From the NCBI GenBank assembly GCA_951406725.2, contig OX597817.1:83204001-83268000 (forward strand): a stretch of 64,000 bases of DNA, written 5' to 3'. This stretch comes from Octopus vulgaris (taxonomy: Eukaryota). Positions 11,106 through 25,429 of this stretch are shown here, in pieces. The notes below the pieces were generated by a model. The model had not been told where the DNA came from. It was given only the letters and a program-made list of their open reading frames with translations, and did not search any database. The position numbers and the translations under genes are program-made. Each line of letters begins with the position of its first letter. Within the stretch, counting starts at the first letter, position 1.

Positions 11106-11539
11106 AAAACATATATATATATACAAGCGCACACACACACTCATAAGATAAAATACACGTTTTGAATTTTATCTTGTAACACAGAGTCATTGAACAGCGG
11201 CCATTCCACTACCATTCTTGAAGGTATTCAGACAAATACACCCCAGTATTTAAATTTTGGGACAGAGGTTGAAAAGATCCATATTTTTCATTAAAGCCTG
11301 ATACATATTCTACTGGAATCGTAAACCAAACAGCTAATTTAGGCTGACGAGTAGCACTAATATACACAGATGCACACTGATGCACACATCCGTACACACA
11401 AACAGACACCCGATGTAGCTTCTACGTTTATTTTCTTTGTGGTGTCAAGCCAGCATGGTACGTGGTTGTAAACAAAACAACACCAGTTGTTAAAGCTCTA
11501 AACGATAGCCAAAAACATTTACAGACGCGCACATTAGAT

Positions 11540-11709
11540 TATGTATATGTGTACATACACACACATATGTATGTATGTATATATATATATATAAATATAT
11601 GTGTGCATATATATATATGTACATATATATATGTATATATATATAAGTAATATATATATATGCATATATATACATATATATATATGTACATACATACATA
11701 TATACATAC

Positions 11710-11741
<32 letters not shown>

Positions 11742-11757
11742 TTATATATATATATAC

Positions 11758-11824
<67 letters not shown>

Positions 11825-11930
11825 TGTTGGTGTATGTGTGTATTCAATATATATGAGTAGTTATAAAAAATATACCTTAAATACATACATATATATGTAC
11901 ATATATATATGTAATTATGCATCTATGTAT
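11540..11930. repeat. (TA)n/(TACA)n microsatellite
   Basis: Direct inspection; source of the spurious YI-repeat ORFs. Confidence 0.95.
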
Positions 11931-13016
11931 ATCAATACTAAGATCAACCATGAATATTAACATTACAATCAGTTTTATAACTATATTCATTGCCTAGATC
12001 GCTTACATTTTCTTTCTGCTTGGTCGATATCACAGACATATGATTAGCAAATACGACAAAGATTTATGCATTAATAACAAGCCAAATATCAGTATACCCT
12101 TTTCTATACATTTTACAATGGGTAAACATGACTATTTTTCTAGAGAAATCTGAAGGGATGAAATATATGAATTGAAATTATGGGAGAAAATATGAACTAA
12201 AATGAAGGGAAAATTGTTACGGGTGGCATTGTATTCATCATTGATTTTGATTATCTTCTTCAATAAGACTGATATGGTTGTTCTGTCAGTGTATGTTGCC
12301 CCAAGTGAGATTACATAACTTTCGTACCACTCTGATTATGTTTTCTTATCTTTAGTGTTGCCATTGTTACTGATGATTTTCTCATTACTGTACGCTAGTG
12401 GCTGTGTATATATAAACAGAGAAAGAGAGAGAGAGAAGGAGAGAGAGAGATGCGAGTAATGTGTTTATCGGTTATGATTGACGATTTTAGCAAAAGAATC
12501 CCAAAATCTATCGGAATATTTACAAGGAAAAATGACGCTGTTTAAATCCACTAGACAAAAACGGCCGTGTACAATGACTTATGCAATCAAAACTAAATAT
12601 TTTGATAATAGCACGTGCTTACATGAATGGATTTTGTGTAGGGAGCATCAAAATAGTTGCTACAGCAGCAACAGCAATAGGACAGTGATATCATTTTTGC
12701 CAAACATATATCAACGCACGTTGATTTCCATCCCTCCATCCATCCGTCTGCCTGTCTGTCTGTTTACGCTTGCATATAAATATATATATTTATGTATATA
12801 TGTATGTATGTGTGTATGTATGAATGTATGTATATGTATCTATCTAGCTATCTACCTACATACATACATACCTACCTACCTACCTACCTACATATCTACA
12901 TATCAATGTCTCTCACTATGTTTCTATTCTCTCTCTCTCTCTCTCTCTGTGAATATATTTATAAGTATTGTCTCTGTATATCTGCTTGCACGTGTTTATA
13001 TCTATCTAGATATACA

Positions 13017-13073
<57 letters not shown>

Positions 13074-13148
13074 TTAATATAGGATAAAACTTTTCGAAAA
13101 AAATTTTATCAATGGCCAACATATTAAAAATATGCCTAAATAACCTTT

Positions 13149-13190
<42 letters not shown>

Positions 13191-13213
13191 TTTATTTAAA
13201 AGCAGCAGAAATA

Positions 13214-13268
13214 TAACAAAAGCTGTTACTCAGAGTTTCACATTCCCGTTCGTCGGAGAGTTTTGTTA
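13214..13268 (-). ncRNA. Degenerate minimal hammerhead ribozyme motif
   Basis: Minus strand: TAACAAAACTCT-CCGACGA-AC GGGAAT GT-GAAA-CTCTGAG-TA-ACAGCTTTTGTTA; next to (TA)n. Confidence 0.55.
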
Positions 13269-14719
13269 AAATAGACAGAAATAACAATTTGATCAATACT
13301 AGTTAAGGTATACACCTTTAAAAATGGATTTGTTTCATTGGTCCTTTCAAAAAATATGGGATATCCCGTCATCGGAGACAAATAGGGAAAATGTCAAGGG
13401 TATAGATTAAGGAAACGATGAAATAAAGGACTGGAGAAATAAAGAAATGAAGAAAAAAGAAAATATAAAAGTTCACAGTTCAACTTTCCGATAGTGCAGA
13501 TGCTAGTTCATAAGTCTTTAGGTGCAATCCTATGTAAATCCAGGTATGATTATAACCTCCATAGTGTAAATATCAAGAGAGAAACGCGACCATATCGAGG
13601 GTTCGCAAGAGAATGATTGCAGAAGTGGCTATTGAGGGATAAAGAGAAAGAAAAATAAATAGAAAGAGAAAGAGAGGTGTTGGTCGGGAAGCTGGAGGTA
13701 CAGAGAGAAGGGGAATACAATTGATAGGGCTTTAGTAGGAAGAATAAAATAAGGAGTATAAAAATATAATGTACCAAAATAAAGAAGAACAATAAATAAA
13801 TATACAAGGATAAATAAGGAGAGAGTGAAAAATACAAAATAAAGTAAAATAAAATGAAAGGGACACAAAAAGATAAAAATATTAGGAGCACAGTAGACAC
13901 CAGTTACGCTCTTCTAGTTTTTAAGATTGGGGCAGGAAGTCAAGCATTAAGTGATTGTGTCCGTTTTATGGCTAAGGTCAGTGGGTATAGAAATATTTCT
14001 ATCTCTGGGGTTATGAGTCCCATAAAGGGTGAATGTGTAAGTAGGCGTGAATGGAGAAAGCAGTTAAATATTAAACTATTTAGGAATAAAGGTTACAAAT
14101 AAAGATTAGGGGATCTATGAGATTAAGGTTAAAAAAATAAATTAAAGAATTAACAGTTATCTTCTAAGGAGAGAAGATATACAAGCGTATGTATGTATGT
14201 GGTGGGTAAGTTAACACTTGGATTTACTGAAGAATTAAAAAGTGTGGAAGAATATTGACGTCTGAATATTGACGAACTTTTTTAGTTGCACTACTCATTT
14301 TATGTATTTTTTAATTGGTTTAACTACAGATTTCTGCGCCCCAAACTTTGGATCATAACTTTCAGAAAAAATGGATATTTTTAATGAAATTGACTCCGAA
14401 TATGTGTTATATCATGTAGATTCCGAATATACAAAATTTTGGGGAGAAAGTGTTTTAGGAGGTGTTGGGGTGGGGAATTTCGGAAAATTCATCGGAGTCC
14501 ACTTCGTCTTAACTCTCAAGGGAATGGATATTTTTTTAAGGGAATTCTCTACAAATATACCTCGGACTGTGTATATTCCGAGAACATAAGTATTTTTGTG
14601 GGAAACAATTAGAGGCTATTTTTGAGAACTGTTCCCTACTCGCGGGTGTTTCTGAACAAATCATCCATATTTGTTTCATTTTCTCCGTTTTGCGCGTTTG
14701 TGCATCCGTAGATTTCTAC

Positions 14720-15875
14720 TGAAGCAGCAAACAGGATGTTTTGCATTTTGTGAGAGCGAAAAAATATAAAATATACTTCTTGTAAGATACCCACTTTTTG
14801 AAAGAAAAAGGACCTCTCATTTGACGTGAATGGGACGCTGAGGCAATATTTAATAGTATTAAAGAACAGACAAAGGGAGTAGACATCTTATTTTCCAATA
14901 GTATTGATTATAAGGTATACGACCGTCTCAGGGATGATAAAAGCGATCTCTTGATGTTGAGTATAGCTATTTGTGAGATCTTTGCCTTTCATCCTTTCCG
15001 GGTCGATAAATTAAGTACCAATTACGCACTGGGGTCGATGTAATCGACTTAATCCGTTTGTCTGTCCTTGTTTGTCCCCTCTGTGTTTAGCCCCTTGTGG
15101 GTAGTAAAGAAATATATTTGTGAGATAAAAATAACTTTAGTAAACTTATACGGTATGGTGATGGATAGAATTAAGGCCTTTGGAAACTCTCATTGTGTTA
15201 TAGCTGGATACTTTAATCTGTTTGAAACAGTCCATAGATACTTCCAATTATCAACATATAAATAATCTTAAAGATAGAAAGCAAGTGATTGATATGATAG
15301 GGGACCTCGATCTTGGAGAGATATGGAAAGATCATAATCCAGAAACACAAGGATTTACATGGAGACGTCCAAAGCCTATTAGACAAGGAAGGATAGATTT
15401 CTTCCTGGCGTCACAGAATTTGTGTTCATTCATTTGTCAGCCCTCTATAAAGATTATGTACAGATCAGACCATTCTATTATTAACATCAAACCTGTGCAC
15501 TTTTTGTCAACGTGAGGTGAAGACGGTGTTACACCTTTTCTGGTATTGTGAATGTGTACAAGTCTTCTGGCAATGCTTCTTAGATTTGCTGTATGAAAAG
15601 TACATACATGTTCGCAAAATGAAACTTGAACAACTCATTCTATTCGGATTGAGAAAAAATATATACTGATGGCATTTTTGATTTGTTAATATTATTAGCA
15701 AATTTTTTTATATACAAAAGCAAAGTGGCAAAAAACACTCTCAATTTCAAGCATTTTAGAAACTTTGATAGATATCTAATTGAAAAAAAAAACAACAGAT
15801 CATACAGTGAAAACAAGCAATATAAATCTTATAAAAAATGGATGCTCTACCTTGAGTTTGTAAACACATGGTAGT
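14720..15875 (+). mobile_element. L1/Tx1-like LINE relic: AP endonuclease joined directly to the C-terminal zinc finger (RT deleted)
   Basis: KQDVLHFVRAKKYKIYFL*DTH, KGVDILF, TLVNLYG, FTWRRPKPIRQGRIDFFL, YRSDHS, then CTFCQREVKTVLHLFWYCECVQVFW. Confidence 0.8.
14980..15114 (+). mobile_element. 5'-truncated SINE inserted in the LINE, with 12-bp target-site duplication
   Basis: tatttgtgagat at 14968-14979 and 15115-15126; the body matches the SINE at 61420-61560. Confidence 0.85.
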
Positions 15876-16235
15876 CCTCTAGTGTTACTTCTATTAGAAC
15901 TGTATTAAGATTTTATGAGTGATTGACGATTGAGTGTGTAGTCTATTTTATTTTCTTCTATTTACTTTTATTTATCATCCTGTTCTCTCTTTTCTCTTTA
16001 TTATTTTTTCGTTTTTAATATATAATTTATTAGTATTTTTTCTTTCCTTCTCTTAAAAAAATAACAAGTCCTGTTCTCCATTTGTGTTATACAAAGCCTC
16101 ACGTCCCCTGACCATGCTGTTTCATATTATAACCGGGAAAACTGGAAAGAAAAAAGCTAATTTTAAAAAAATCGTTTTAGGATCAGAAAAAATTACGACG
16201 TAATATATACATACATACATACATACATACATACA

Positions 16236-16341
<106 letters not shown>

Positions 16342-16354
16342 TATATAATATATA

Positions 16355-17275
16355 AAATGGGACAAGAACGCAAAACATCCAGACAGTTAGGTGATACAAA
16401 AAAGGGACAATAAAACATCCAGATAGGCAGGGATACGGGATTTCACTGGCAAAGGAAGGAATATAGATGTTGCACAGACACCGGCCAAACCAAGAAAGAA
16501 AGGTCAGGCTTGGCCGAACACAGGTTACGTGGGGTAGGGCAGAGGCAGTGGGAAAGAAGAAATAAGGAGGGACCAGAAAAATGACAGGGACACAGTTAAG
16601 TGAAAAGAAAAGGGAAAGTGAGCATGAGGAGAAGTCAAGGAAATGTGAGAGAGGGGGAACGAAAGAACGAAGAGTGGAAAGAATGAAGTAAGCGTAAAAG
16701 GGCAGATAGAAAGAAGGAATGAATAATAGAAAGAATGGACTCGTACACGATTTAGATAAATATATACTTAGATATAAGAGACCAAAGTGTACGTACGCCG
16801 CTCTATGTTTTATATATAAAAATACAAAATGGGACAAGAACGGAAAATTGCCAGACAGTTAATTGATAGAAAAAAGGGACAACAAAACATCTAGATAGTC
16901 GATAGAAAGAAAACAATGACGGGTCATTCGGAGTTTTCTTTCTTCAGTCGAGTTCCAGATTATCTTTGCAATTTCGGCTGGTTATACTCGAGATTTCTCT
17001 AATCTGGCCAGCCCAAAGGGAAATCTAAGCTAAGAGCATTAGACTCCCTGGAAGAAAGCAGCAAATGTATACGAAAACATGGACGGAAAAAAACGGAGAG
17101 TGTTACACAAATACAAGCAACAGCATAACAACAGGTGTCCTCCGATTAAGGACGAATTAAATTAAGCTGGTGTGTGTGGAAGTAAAGCCTTATGGCAGGT
17201 ATACAAGGTTTCACAGGCACAGGGAGGAATATAGATGTTGCACGGACGGCGGCCGAACCAAGTAAGAAAGGTCAC
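16355..17275. repeat. Interspersed repeat family (two partial tandem units)
   Basis: aaaatgggacaagaacg starts at ~16355 and ~16826; homologous to 10570 and 54570. Confidence 0.7.
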
Positions 17276-17398
17276 ATATATTTATATATATTTATAAATA
17301 TGTTTATATATATATTTGTTTATATATGTATATTTATATATATATTAAAATATAGTTATATATATATATATATATTGATATATATATTGATATATAGT

Positions 17399-17459
<61 letters not shown>

Positions 17460-17515
17460 CATACATATATATTTACATATATATATGTATATACATATAT
17501 ATATTTATATATAAA

Positions 17516-17911
17516 CTAGCAGTATCGCCCGGCGTTGCTCGGGTTTGTAAGGGAAATAACTATAAAGCATTTTTAGAGAGTTATAGCCCCAAAATAGCAA
17601 AAAATGAATTAAAAATGGAAAAAAAATTATGGTAAATTTTTTTTTAAATCGTTGATTCATCGTAGACATTTTTAGAAAGTTACTTCCCTTATATTAAAAA
17701 AATATGCCTTAAAATGAAAAAAATGATGGTAAATTATTTTTAAAATCGTAGACTCATCGTAGACGCGCGCTAATACCCAGAAGGGCTTGATATGAATCAC
17801 GACTATAAGATACCCGGTTTTGGTTAAACTGCATCGCAAAATGTGGGAGTAGTTAGGAATCTAAATCGAAGTGGACAGACACTCACACAACTACAGTTTT
17901 ATATATAAAGA
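17516..17911 (-). mobile_element. Non-autonomous Helitron
   Basis: Minus strand starts TCTTTATATATAAAAC and ends with hairpin CCCGAGCAACGCCGGG + CGATACTG-CTAG; inserted between A and T. Confidence 0.75.
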
Positions 17912-17951
17912 TATATATTAATATATATATTTATACACACACACTACACAC

Positions 17952-18004
<53 letters not shown>

Positions 18005-18010
18005 CATGCA

Positions 18011-18044
<34 letters not shown>

Positions 18045-18047
<3 letters not shown>

Positions 18048-19110
18048 GGTGCGTAAGATATTTGAAGACAGATTTATGTTTATAGAAAAAGCAGATATAT
18101 AATAACAGGTAATAACTTTATTTCTCAAAAAATGCTATAATGGTTTTCTATAAAGCCACCTTCAGATTCAACAGCTGCTTCTAGATGACATCTAAATCAT
18201 CTTCATGATCGAATAAAGTGGTTCTGGTTCATTTTGGCCATTGCTCTCTCTATGGCAGCTTTCAAAGAATATTTGTTATTAAGGGCATGGCCATTGACCT
18301 CTCTCTCTCTCAACAACGCTCTTCATGTATTCCTGTGTTACTAGAGCCATGTGGGATAAGGCTGAGTATTACTGAAACACATATGGCCTTCCATTGCATA
18401 CACTGTCTACCCAGTGCTTAACAATTATTTCCAGGACCTCGATGTAGGTGGCAGAGTTAACTTGTGGAAAGAAGTAAGGTGGCATCACAAATCGTTCATT
18501 GCTGACAACCCCTCCCTAATTCCATGACAGTTGCAGAAAATTTTGTATGTACAATACTTCAGAAGGGTCTGCACATAATCACCTGTCATTTCTTCTGCTA
18601 ATTTTTTTTTATCTTGGTCGAAGTTTTTCTCGCTTGAGAAAATTCAAATCAAATCTTTTGCTGCATTTTTCAGTTTGTTTAAGAGCCTTTTAGATCTGAT
18701 GCAGTGATTTTCTTTTGCTTTTTCTGACAAATTGATCATTCCTCATCACGTAAAGTCTTATGTCTGATGCCTTTGTGGACTACATTTCTCAGTGTTCCTT
18801 CTGACACATGGAGATCTTTTGTAATTGACCTTATGAACTTACTGGGAATCTAGTCAATGGTTTGTTGAACTTGCTGGATAAATTGAGATGCTCTGATGAT
18901 TTCAGAGGGTTTAGAATGCGTTTTATGCTTTGACACATTTCCATCTTCAGTCTCTAGTTTCTTACAGGCTTTGTAGACGAAACATATGGCGAATTTTAAA
19001 AACCGAGATATTTATAAATTGCTATGCTCAGCCTTCATAACCACAATAGCACCATGCCTCTTCATTTCCTAAGTAAGCTGAAGATCTGTCATTATTAATT
19101 TCTGAAACAA
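18045..19110 (-). mobile_element. Decayed Tc1/mariner-superfamily (maT/DD37D-like) transposon
   Basis: TA-CAGGGTG terminus; minus-strand peptides HTKFSATVM, GVVSNERFVMPPYFFP, NSATYIEVLE, GRPYVFQ. Confidence 0.7.
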
Positions 19111-19149
19111 TGGTTATACAATGTTAGCAAAATATGCAGCAATGACCCA

Positions 19150-20012
19150 AAGAAGTTATATTCTCAAATACCTTACGCAAATAAGACGAGCCTCGTCCTG
19201 GAAGATCGGTAGCGCTCGAGCAGGACGTCCTGCAAACCATGGTGAATGAAAATCCCATCGTAACTGTTGAGGAACTAGCAGAGAAGCCACTCATCGACAC
19301 TTGCGTGGCATCGGAAAAGTCAGCAAATTGGGTCAATGTGTTTCTCGCAAACTTTCCGTGTCTAATTGCACGCAGTGAGTGAATGTGTGCACTTCTTTGC
19401 TGTCACGCCTCACGAATGAACCATTAATGGACTGAATAGTGACTGATGATGAGAAATGGGTTCTCTATAAAACTTTCAAGCGCTGAAGACAGTGGATAGG
19501 GAAAGGAGAAAAACTGGCACTCCAGGCTAAAGAAGGTCTTCACCTACATAAGTTGTTGTTATCTGTTTGGTGGGATATGAAAGGTTAAATCTACTTTGAA
19601 ATTTTAAATCAAAGCCAAAATTTAACAAAGTAGATCTACTACAAGCAGCTTGAGCGGCTTGTGTCAGCATTAGAAGGAAAGGAACCATCTTTAGTTTCAA
19701 CACGAATGGTGTTCTTCCATCAGAATAATGCTCGACGACATACAGCTGGAGCAGTTTGAATGGGAAACGATACCCCACTCTCCATATTCGCAGGACATTA
19801 CTCCATGTGATCATTTGGACGAAGAAAATACGAATTCTGTAGACGAGGTCAGAACAGTACTGGAGGAGCATTTTTCATCACGGACAAGTGAACTTTGGAA
19901 AAGGAAACCTTTGTAGAGAATGAAGTAGAGTATACTTTAAAATAGAAATGAAATTCTCTTAATTTTGAAAAATATAAGAAGTATAAAAAAACTGTTTATG
20001 GGACAACCCAAT
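19150..20012 (+). mobile_element. Decayed mariner transposon
   Basis: EPRPGRS, IVTDDEKWVLY, LSVWWDMKG, HQNNAR, HSPYSQDITPCD; terminal ttatgggacaacccaat. Confidence 0.8.
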
Positions 20013-21828
20013 GTGTGTGTGTGTGTGTATTTGTGTGTGTGTGTGTGTGTGTGCGTGTTTGTGCGCGCGCACGTGTGTTGAAGGAAAAACTAGCTGACAT
20101 ACATAACACCGAACAACCGCTGGTATGAACCTGAGCAGCAAACCTCAATGAAATGTATTTTTTTATACTGACAAGAAAACTGATAAGAATTGCTTCAGCT
20201 TCATTATATGTCATAAGTACAGCACGTATAGTCCAATACTTCAGAATATATGAGGCTTAGATATATATACAAAATGTGTGGATACTATTGATGGCATAGT
20301 GTATTTGTAAGATTAAAACAAAAATAAACTCTGAAAGTGCAGTGGTATAAATTGGGGTAACAAAGACTAATGAGCATATACTTTATCCAAGTTAAATCCT
20401 TGGTGTATTAAAATTATCTTCACTTCGAAAGAATGCAAAATAATGCATACTGTTTATTGTAACTGTGTTCAAATATGAAGAGAAGATAATCTCAAGATTC
20501 AAGATTTTTTCTGACTTGATATAGCTCTAACCATTTTTTCCTTCAATACAAGAGAGCCAGATACCGCCCAGGAGGCAAATATGTAGAACCATTTTTGTCA
20601 AACGCATTAACTTAAGGTAACTTTTCATGTAGTGCTTTGGTCTGTGCAATTATATTGACATTTATTCTTACTGTAATGGAGACACGGCTAAAGTTGTAAT
20701 TTTTCAGGTTTCTATGATGTATGGAGTTTCTGAGGTAGCTTTTAGTGATAATTTTAATTTTGTAAAGTAAATAATGTGATTAATGTACAGAATTTCTCAT
20801 CTCTAAAATATAGAACAGTATACTTTATTTATATTTTACTGTATTTGTCGTTTTATAATCCTAAATATAGATAAAATACTAACGAAAATGCAATTAAAGG
20901 GGAACGTGTTTTATTCAACAAGATTTCTGGGAGAGACAACAGCACTTCCTCTGTGGCTTAGAACTCCAATGAAAAATATTTACTTGGTCCAACACGTGAG
21001 CATGCAGCATAGGATTGAGCATGAGGGAAACATAAGCTCCGGCGATTCTGAGACAGTCACTGAGACTTGTTAGTGGCCATAGAAAAGGATAGTGTTATAA
21101 GAAACTGAAGTGACTTGGAATGAATTTGCATATCTGAGAGGATGGTAAGGATGCCGCTTGTGAAAAAAGTTGTTGCAATTTTTGATTCGACAACTGTAAT
21201 AGTAGTCTATCAGAGTTAGCGAAAAATTGTTTTAGTAAAATTTGGTGATCAGAACAGTTTTGCATGTTCACCAGAAACATCACTGAAAACTAATACTCTA
21301 GGGTCAGAAAGTGCCCATTATTCGATTGCTATATTAGATTTATCTGATCGAAGCCATGAAAACTTCATCTCGGTAAACATAATGTTCGAGTTGCTGAACG
21401 TCATATTTAGTTGCCTAACGAATCTGTCAACTTATTTATTCAGGCACAGTTTGTATTGCTGTGGCAGTCCACGCGCTTCGATATCCTCTCCAACATTTGA
21501 AAACCCAATATAGGATTTTCAGTGATGGATGCTGTTTTTTACTAATAGTGTTGAGTTTGATACTTTATGTCTTCCGAAATGCTACGGTGGTGAGCCACAA
21601 TTGCTGAGAATTGGATGGAAAGCAGATACAGGAAATGATAGCAAAATGGTTTGTTATCTTGTCTGAAGAATGCAAGACAACAGACTATTCTTAGGAACTG
21701 TTCCAGTCAGATAATCTTCCAAGAAGTGTAGCTCTTGCAAAATAGGCTGTTCGTTGCACAGACATACCAGGCAAAAGTTTTGAGGTTTGGGGAAGAATTT
21801 AGATCATGAATATCATGCACGAGATTAA

Positions 21829-22033
21829 GGCGGCGAACTGGCAGAATCGTTAGCACACTGGACAAAATGCTTAGTGGCATTTCGTCTGTTTTTACGTAGT
21901 GAGTCCAATTCCACCGAGGCCGAATTTACCTTTCGTCCCCTTGACGTCGATAAAATAAGTACAGGTTGATCACTGAGATCGATTTAATCGACTTTTTCAC
22001 TCCCCCGAAATTGCACCAAAATTTGAAACCAAT
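21829..22033 (+). mobile_element. tRNA-derived SINE (family B)
   Basis: ggcggcgaactggcagaatcgttagcac...aattccaccgaggccgaatttacctttc; homologous to 61260-61653. Confidence 0.75.
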
Positions 22034-22534
22034 ACAATACGAGGGTTTTATGAGACTGAATGAGGATATTTAATTTCCTTCAAAAGTTAGTACGTCGTTT
22101 CAAATATCAAGGAAGATAGAAAATACTTTATTCTTTCATTGTTTCCCACTTAAATCTCTGCATAGTGATATCAAATTATGTTTACATGAAGTACTTGATC
22201 AGCATCTGTAAGAATACCCTGAAACATTTACATTTCACACAAAATAATATACAAATATATATTGAAACAATAATGTTATTAAATTGCATCACTTAACAAG
22301 TCAAACCTGCAAAATGCTAGTATGAAGTTTCAGATGCCAGGAGAAATAGTCAATAATCTTTTCTTTTTCTTTCTTATTTAAATTGCTACATATTGGTATC
22401 GGATCATATTTACGTTAAGTGCGCAACCAAAATCTGCAAATATACCCAGAAACAATTATATCTCAAAGAAAATAGCCAAGCAACATATATTAGAACGACG
22501 CCGTTATAAAAATTCCTCATCTGTAGAAATAATT

Positions 22535-22715
22535 ATTTCTACTATAGGCACAGAGCCTGAAATTTCTTTAGGTGAAGGGGAACTAGTCGACTATATCGAT
22601 CGCGAGAACTACCTTATTATTTATTTTATCAACACCGTAAATATAAAAGGTAAAGTCGAACTCGGTGGAATTTGAACTCAGAACGTAAAGACAGGCGAAA
22701 TGCCGCCAGGCATTT
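22535..22715 (-). mobile_element. SINE family B fragment
   Basis: aaagtcgaactcggtggaatttgaactcagaacgtaaagac. Confidence 0.7.
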
Positions 22716-23729
22716 TTATAATTCGAAAATATTCATGTTGTGTGATCTGTGAATCAAAATGCTAATTTCATGGATATTTCAAATAAACTCAAAATTTTCA
22801 GACAGATAATCTTCAAAGTGGAATTTAATTAACGATAGCATTCAAATATCCAATGTACTGTTATTCATAAATGAATCCTCTTAAAATTTCACACCCGTCT
22901 CAGAAACGGACGTCAGCCTGCGAAACGGAAACGAGTTCGGGAGTAACGGTCACAAAAAAGGTTGCGAATGGCAACGAATGATGGAAATAAAAGCATTGAA
23001 CTGTTAAACCAGTAAGCTAAACAAATGCTCGATTAGTAAGTTGGATAGATATTTAACCATTAGATTAATGATAAAGAGTTGGAATTGAACCTGTGCGTGT
23101 GTAATTATTGGTGTAATGACTCATCCAAGAGACAATGTATATATTATACATACATATATACATATGCACACACACGCACACACACATATACACACATATG
23201 TACATTCATTTTTTCATTAAATGCATGACCATATTGTATCTTTGTTTTTGTATTTCTTAGTTTTTTTAGACTTTCACGGTCTCATTTTCAAGAATTGAAT
23301 GGATTTGGCGTCTAAGTTGTTTGCGCTGTTTCTTATATACAGTTTAAATTTATGCAGGATATTGCTACCAAATGTTTTAACCGTTAGGCTTCTATGTAGC
23401 AATCGCGCGCATTGATTTCGATTTTTGTATTTATATACATCCATCCATACACACACATACGTATACACACACACATGTATATTTATGTATGTCATTGTTC
23501 AGCTTTATTTCAAGATTTCTTGCCAATACGGAAAGAAACGGTTTCTAACTTAGATTCAAGTCTCCTTCATTGAAATTTCATCATCAACAGGGTATTTTTG
23601 TATGTATGTATGTTTGTATATGTGCAGATTTGTATGTTTTGCTTTATGTATGCATTCTCATGCACATAGTTGCATATCTAGACATGCTCATATATACGTA
23701 TGGATGGATGGATGCATGTATGTATGCAT

Positions 23730-23786
<57 letters not shown>

Positions 23787-24618
23787 AGCATATACATATT
23801 CTGTATGATTGTGCATATTTTTGTATGCTTATGTTTACCAGTTTATATATGCATACATTTGTACACATGCACAAATAGAAAACTGGCGGCATTAAGAAAA
23901 AGTGTAAATGTGAGAGTGAGTGAGCGAGAGAGAGGAGGACATAGTTAGAGAGCGGGATAAAGAGATTAAAGAACGACTGAAAGAGAGAGACTGTGTTTAA
24001 CGTGACAATCCGACAAGTTTGCACCCTTGTGCATGCGATTGGGCAGGCACGTTTGTATGCATGTGTTTGCATCGATTTACCATTTAATCGCGATTTTTTT
24101 CATCGCTTAAAGCTATGAATGCATTGTTCAGCTCAAACAAATATCTGCGATTCAATGCAGCACAGCGTAATATATTTACTTGCATTTTACTAACTACTTT
24201 TCTCAAGTCCTCATAAAATAAAAGAAAATTGATGTAGACTGTGATAACAACTCCACTCGTGACTGACAAATCATTGTTTGATTTTGTTTGTGACATTTTT
24301 ATTAAATTTAATTTATTGCTAGTTTTATGTCCAATAACTTGACATCGCTCTTAGTGTTCAGGTAGAAAATATTCTGATTTGGTTACAATCGGCTATAAAT
24401 AATATGTTTTCAATCATTTTGAGCGTGTAGCACATACTGAAATAGTACATCATTGTTAACCAAAGTTTTTTTTTATTCTTGTGCTTATGATACACATTCA
24501 TTAAGCTTAAGATTTACGTGCATATTCGTTTATTCCATTAGTATACAAATATGTAATACATACATACATATATATATATATATAGATACGTGTATGTATG
24601 AATATATGTGTGTGTATT

Positions 24619-24649
<31 letters not shown>

Positions 24650-24733
24650 GTATATATATATATATGTATATGTACATATATATATACTGCATATATATAT
24701 ATATATGCAGTTTATTTTATTTTATGTATCCGT

Positions 24734-24852
24734 ATTCACTCTGATGAAGCTGCATGTACTAGATCGAATGTGCTATGAAGATGACAATCATTTTCTGAAT
24801 TTCATTTGTAAGCACCGACTAACATTGGAAACGGAAACGGTCGTAAAAAATG
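24734..24852 (+). ncRNA. Possible degenerate hammerhead with long helix II insertion
   Basis: ATTCACT-CTGATGA-AGC...GGAAA-CGGTCG-TA; the 3' strand of helix I matches poorly. Confidence 0.35.
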
Positions 24853-25429
24853 TTATATCATCTTTTGTATTAAAAAATAATCAACCGATGTTGGTCAATT
24901 CGTTTGTTTGTTAAAACAAAGTTTTCGCTATTTTCTGATTATTTAAATTCGATTCCTGATAAAGTTTTATTTATTCTATTGTTGCCTGCACCCTATGAGC
25001 ATAGTGTGCCTGCATAACCATGCCCAGGGATAGCATTGTTAATTGATACCGATAGTAAGAACGGATGCTATCATCTCTTAGACACGTATTACAAAGTTGG
25101 GAACAAAAAATGACAGTGGAGACATACAAGAAAACCGAACGAAAACAAACATGGAGGGCCGTGCAGGAAGAGAAAGCTAGACGCGTAAGGAAAACAAAGG
25201 TGGACGATGGTCACGTGTGAGGAACGAGAGAGAGAGAGAGAGAAAGTGAAAGAGAGGAGAAAGAGAGAGAAGCAGAGAGGAAACGGTGCAGGAGGGAGTA
25301 GGAAAAATGGTAATTAGAGAACGGTTAGAGGAAGAAAACAGTATATAGTAGAGAGTCGCATCAAAAAGGTGAAGATAAACTTACTTGGAAATGGATGCAT
25401 GTATATATATATATATTTATATGTTCAGT

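Noticed and set aside
11462-13082. Numerous YI/IY, CV or HT-rich ORFs here and throughout the window
   Set aside because: They are translations of TA/CA/GATA microsatellites, not genes.
20900-21800. Possible ancient LINE RT relic (HGF-R-SDKS-like)
   Set aside because: Only one weak, frameshifted motif.
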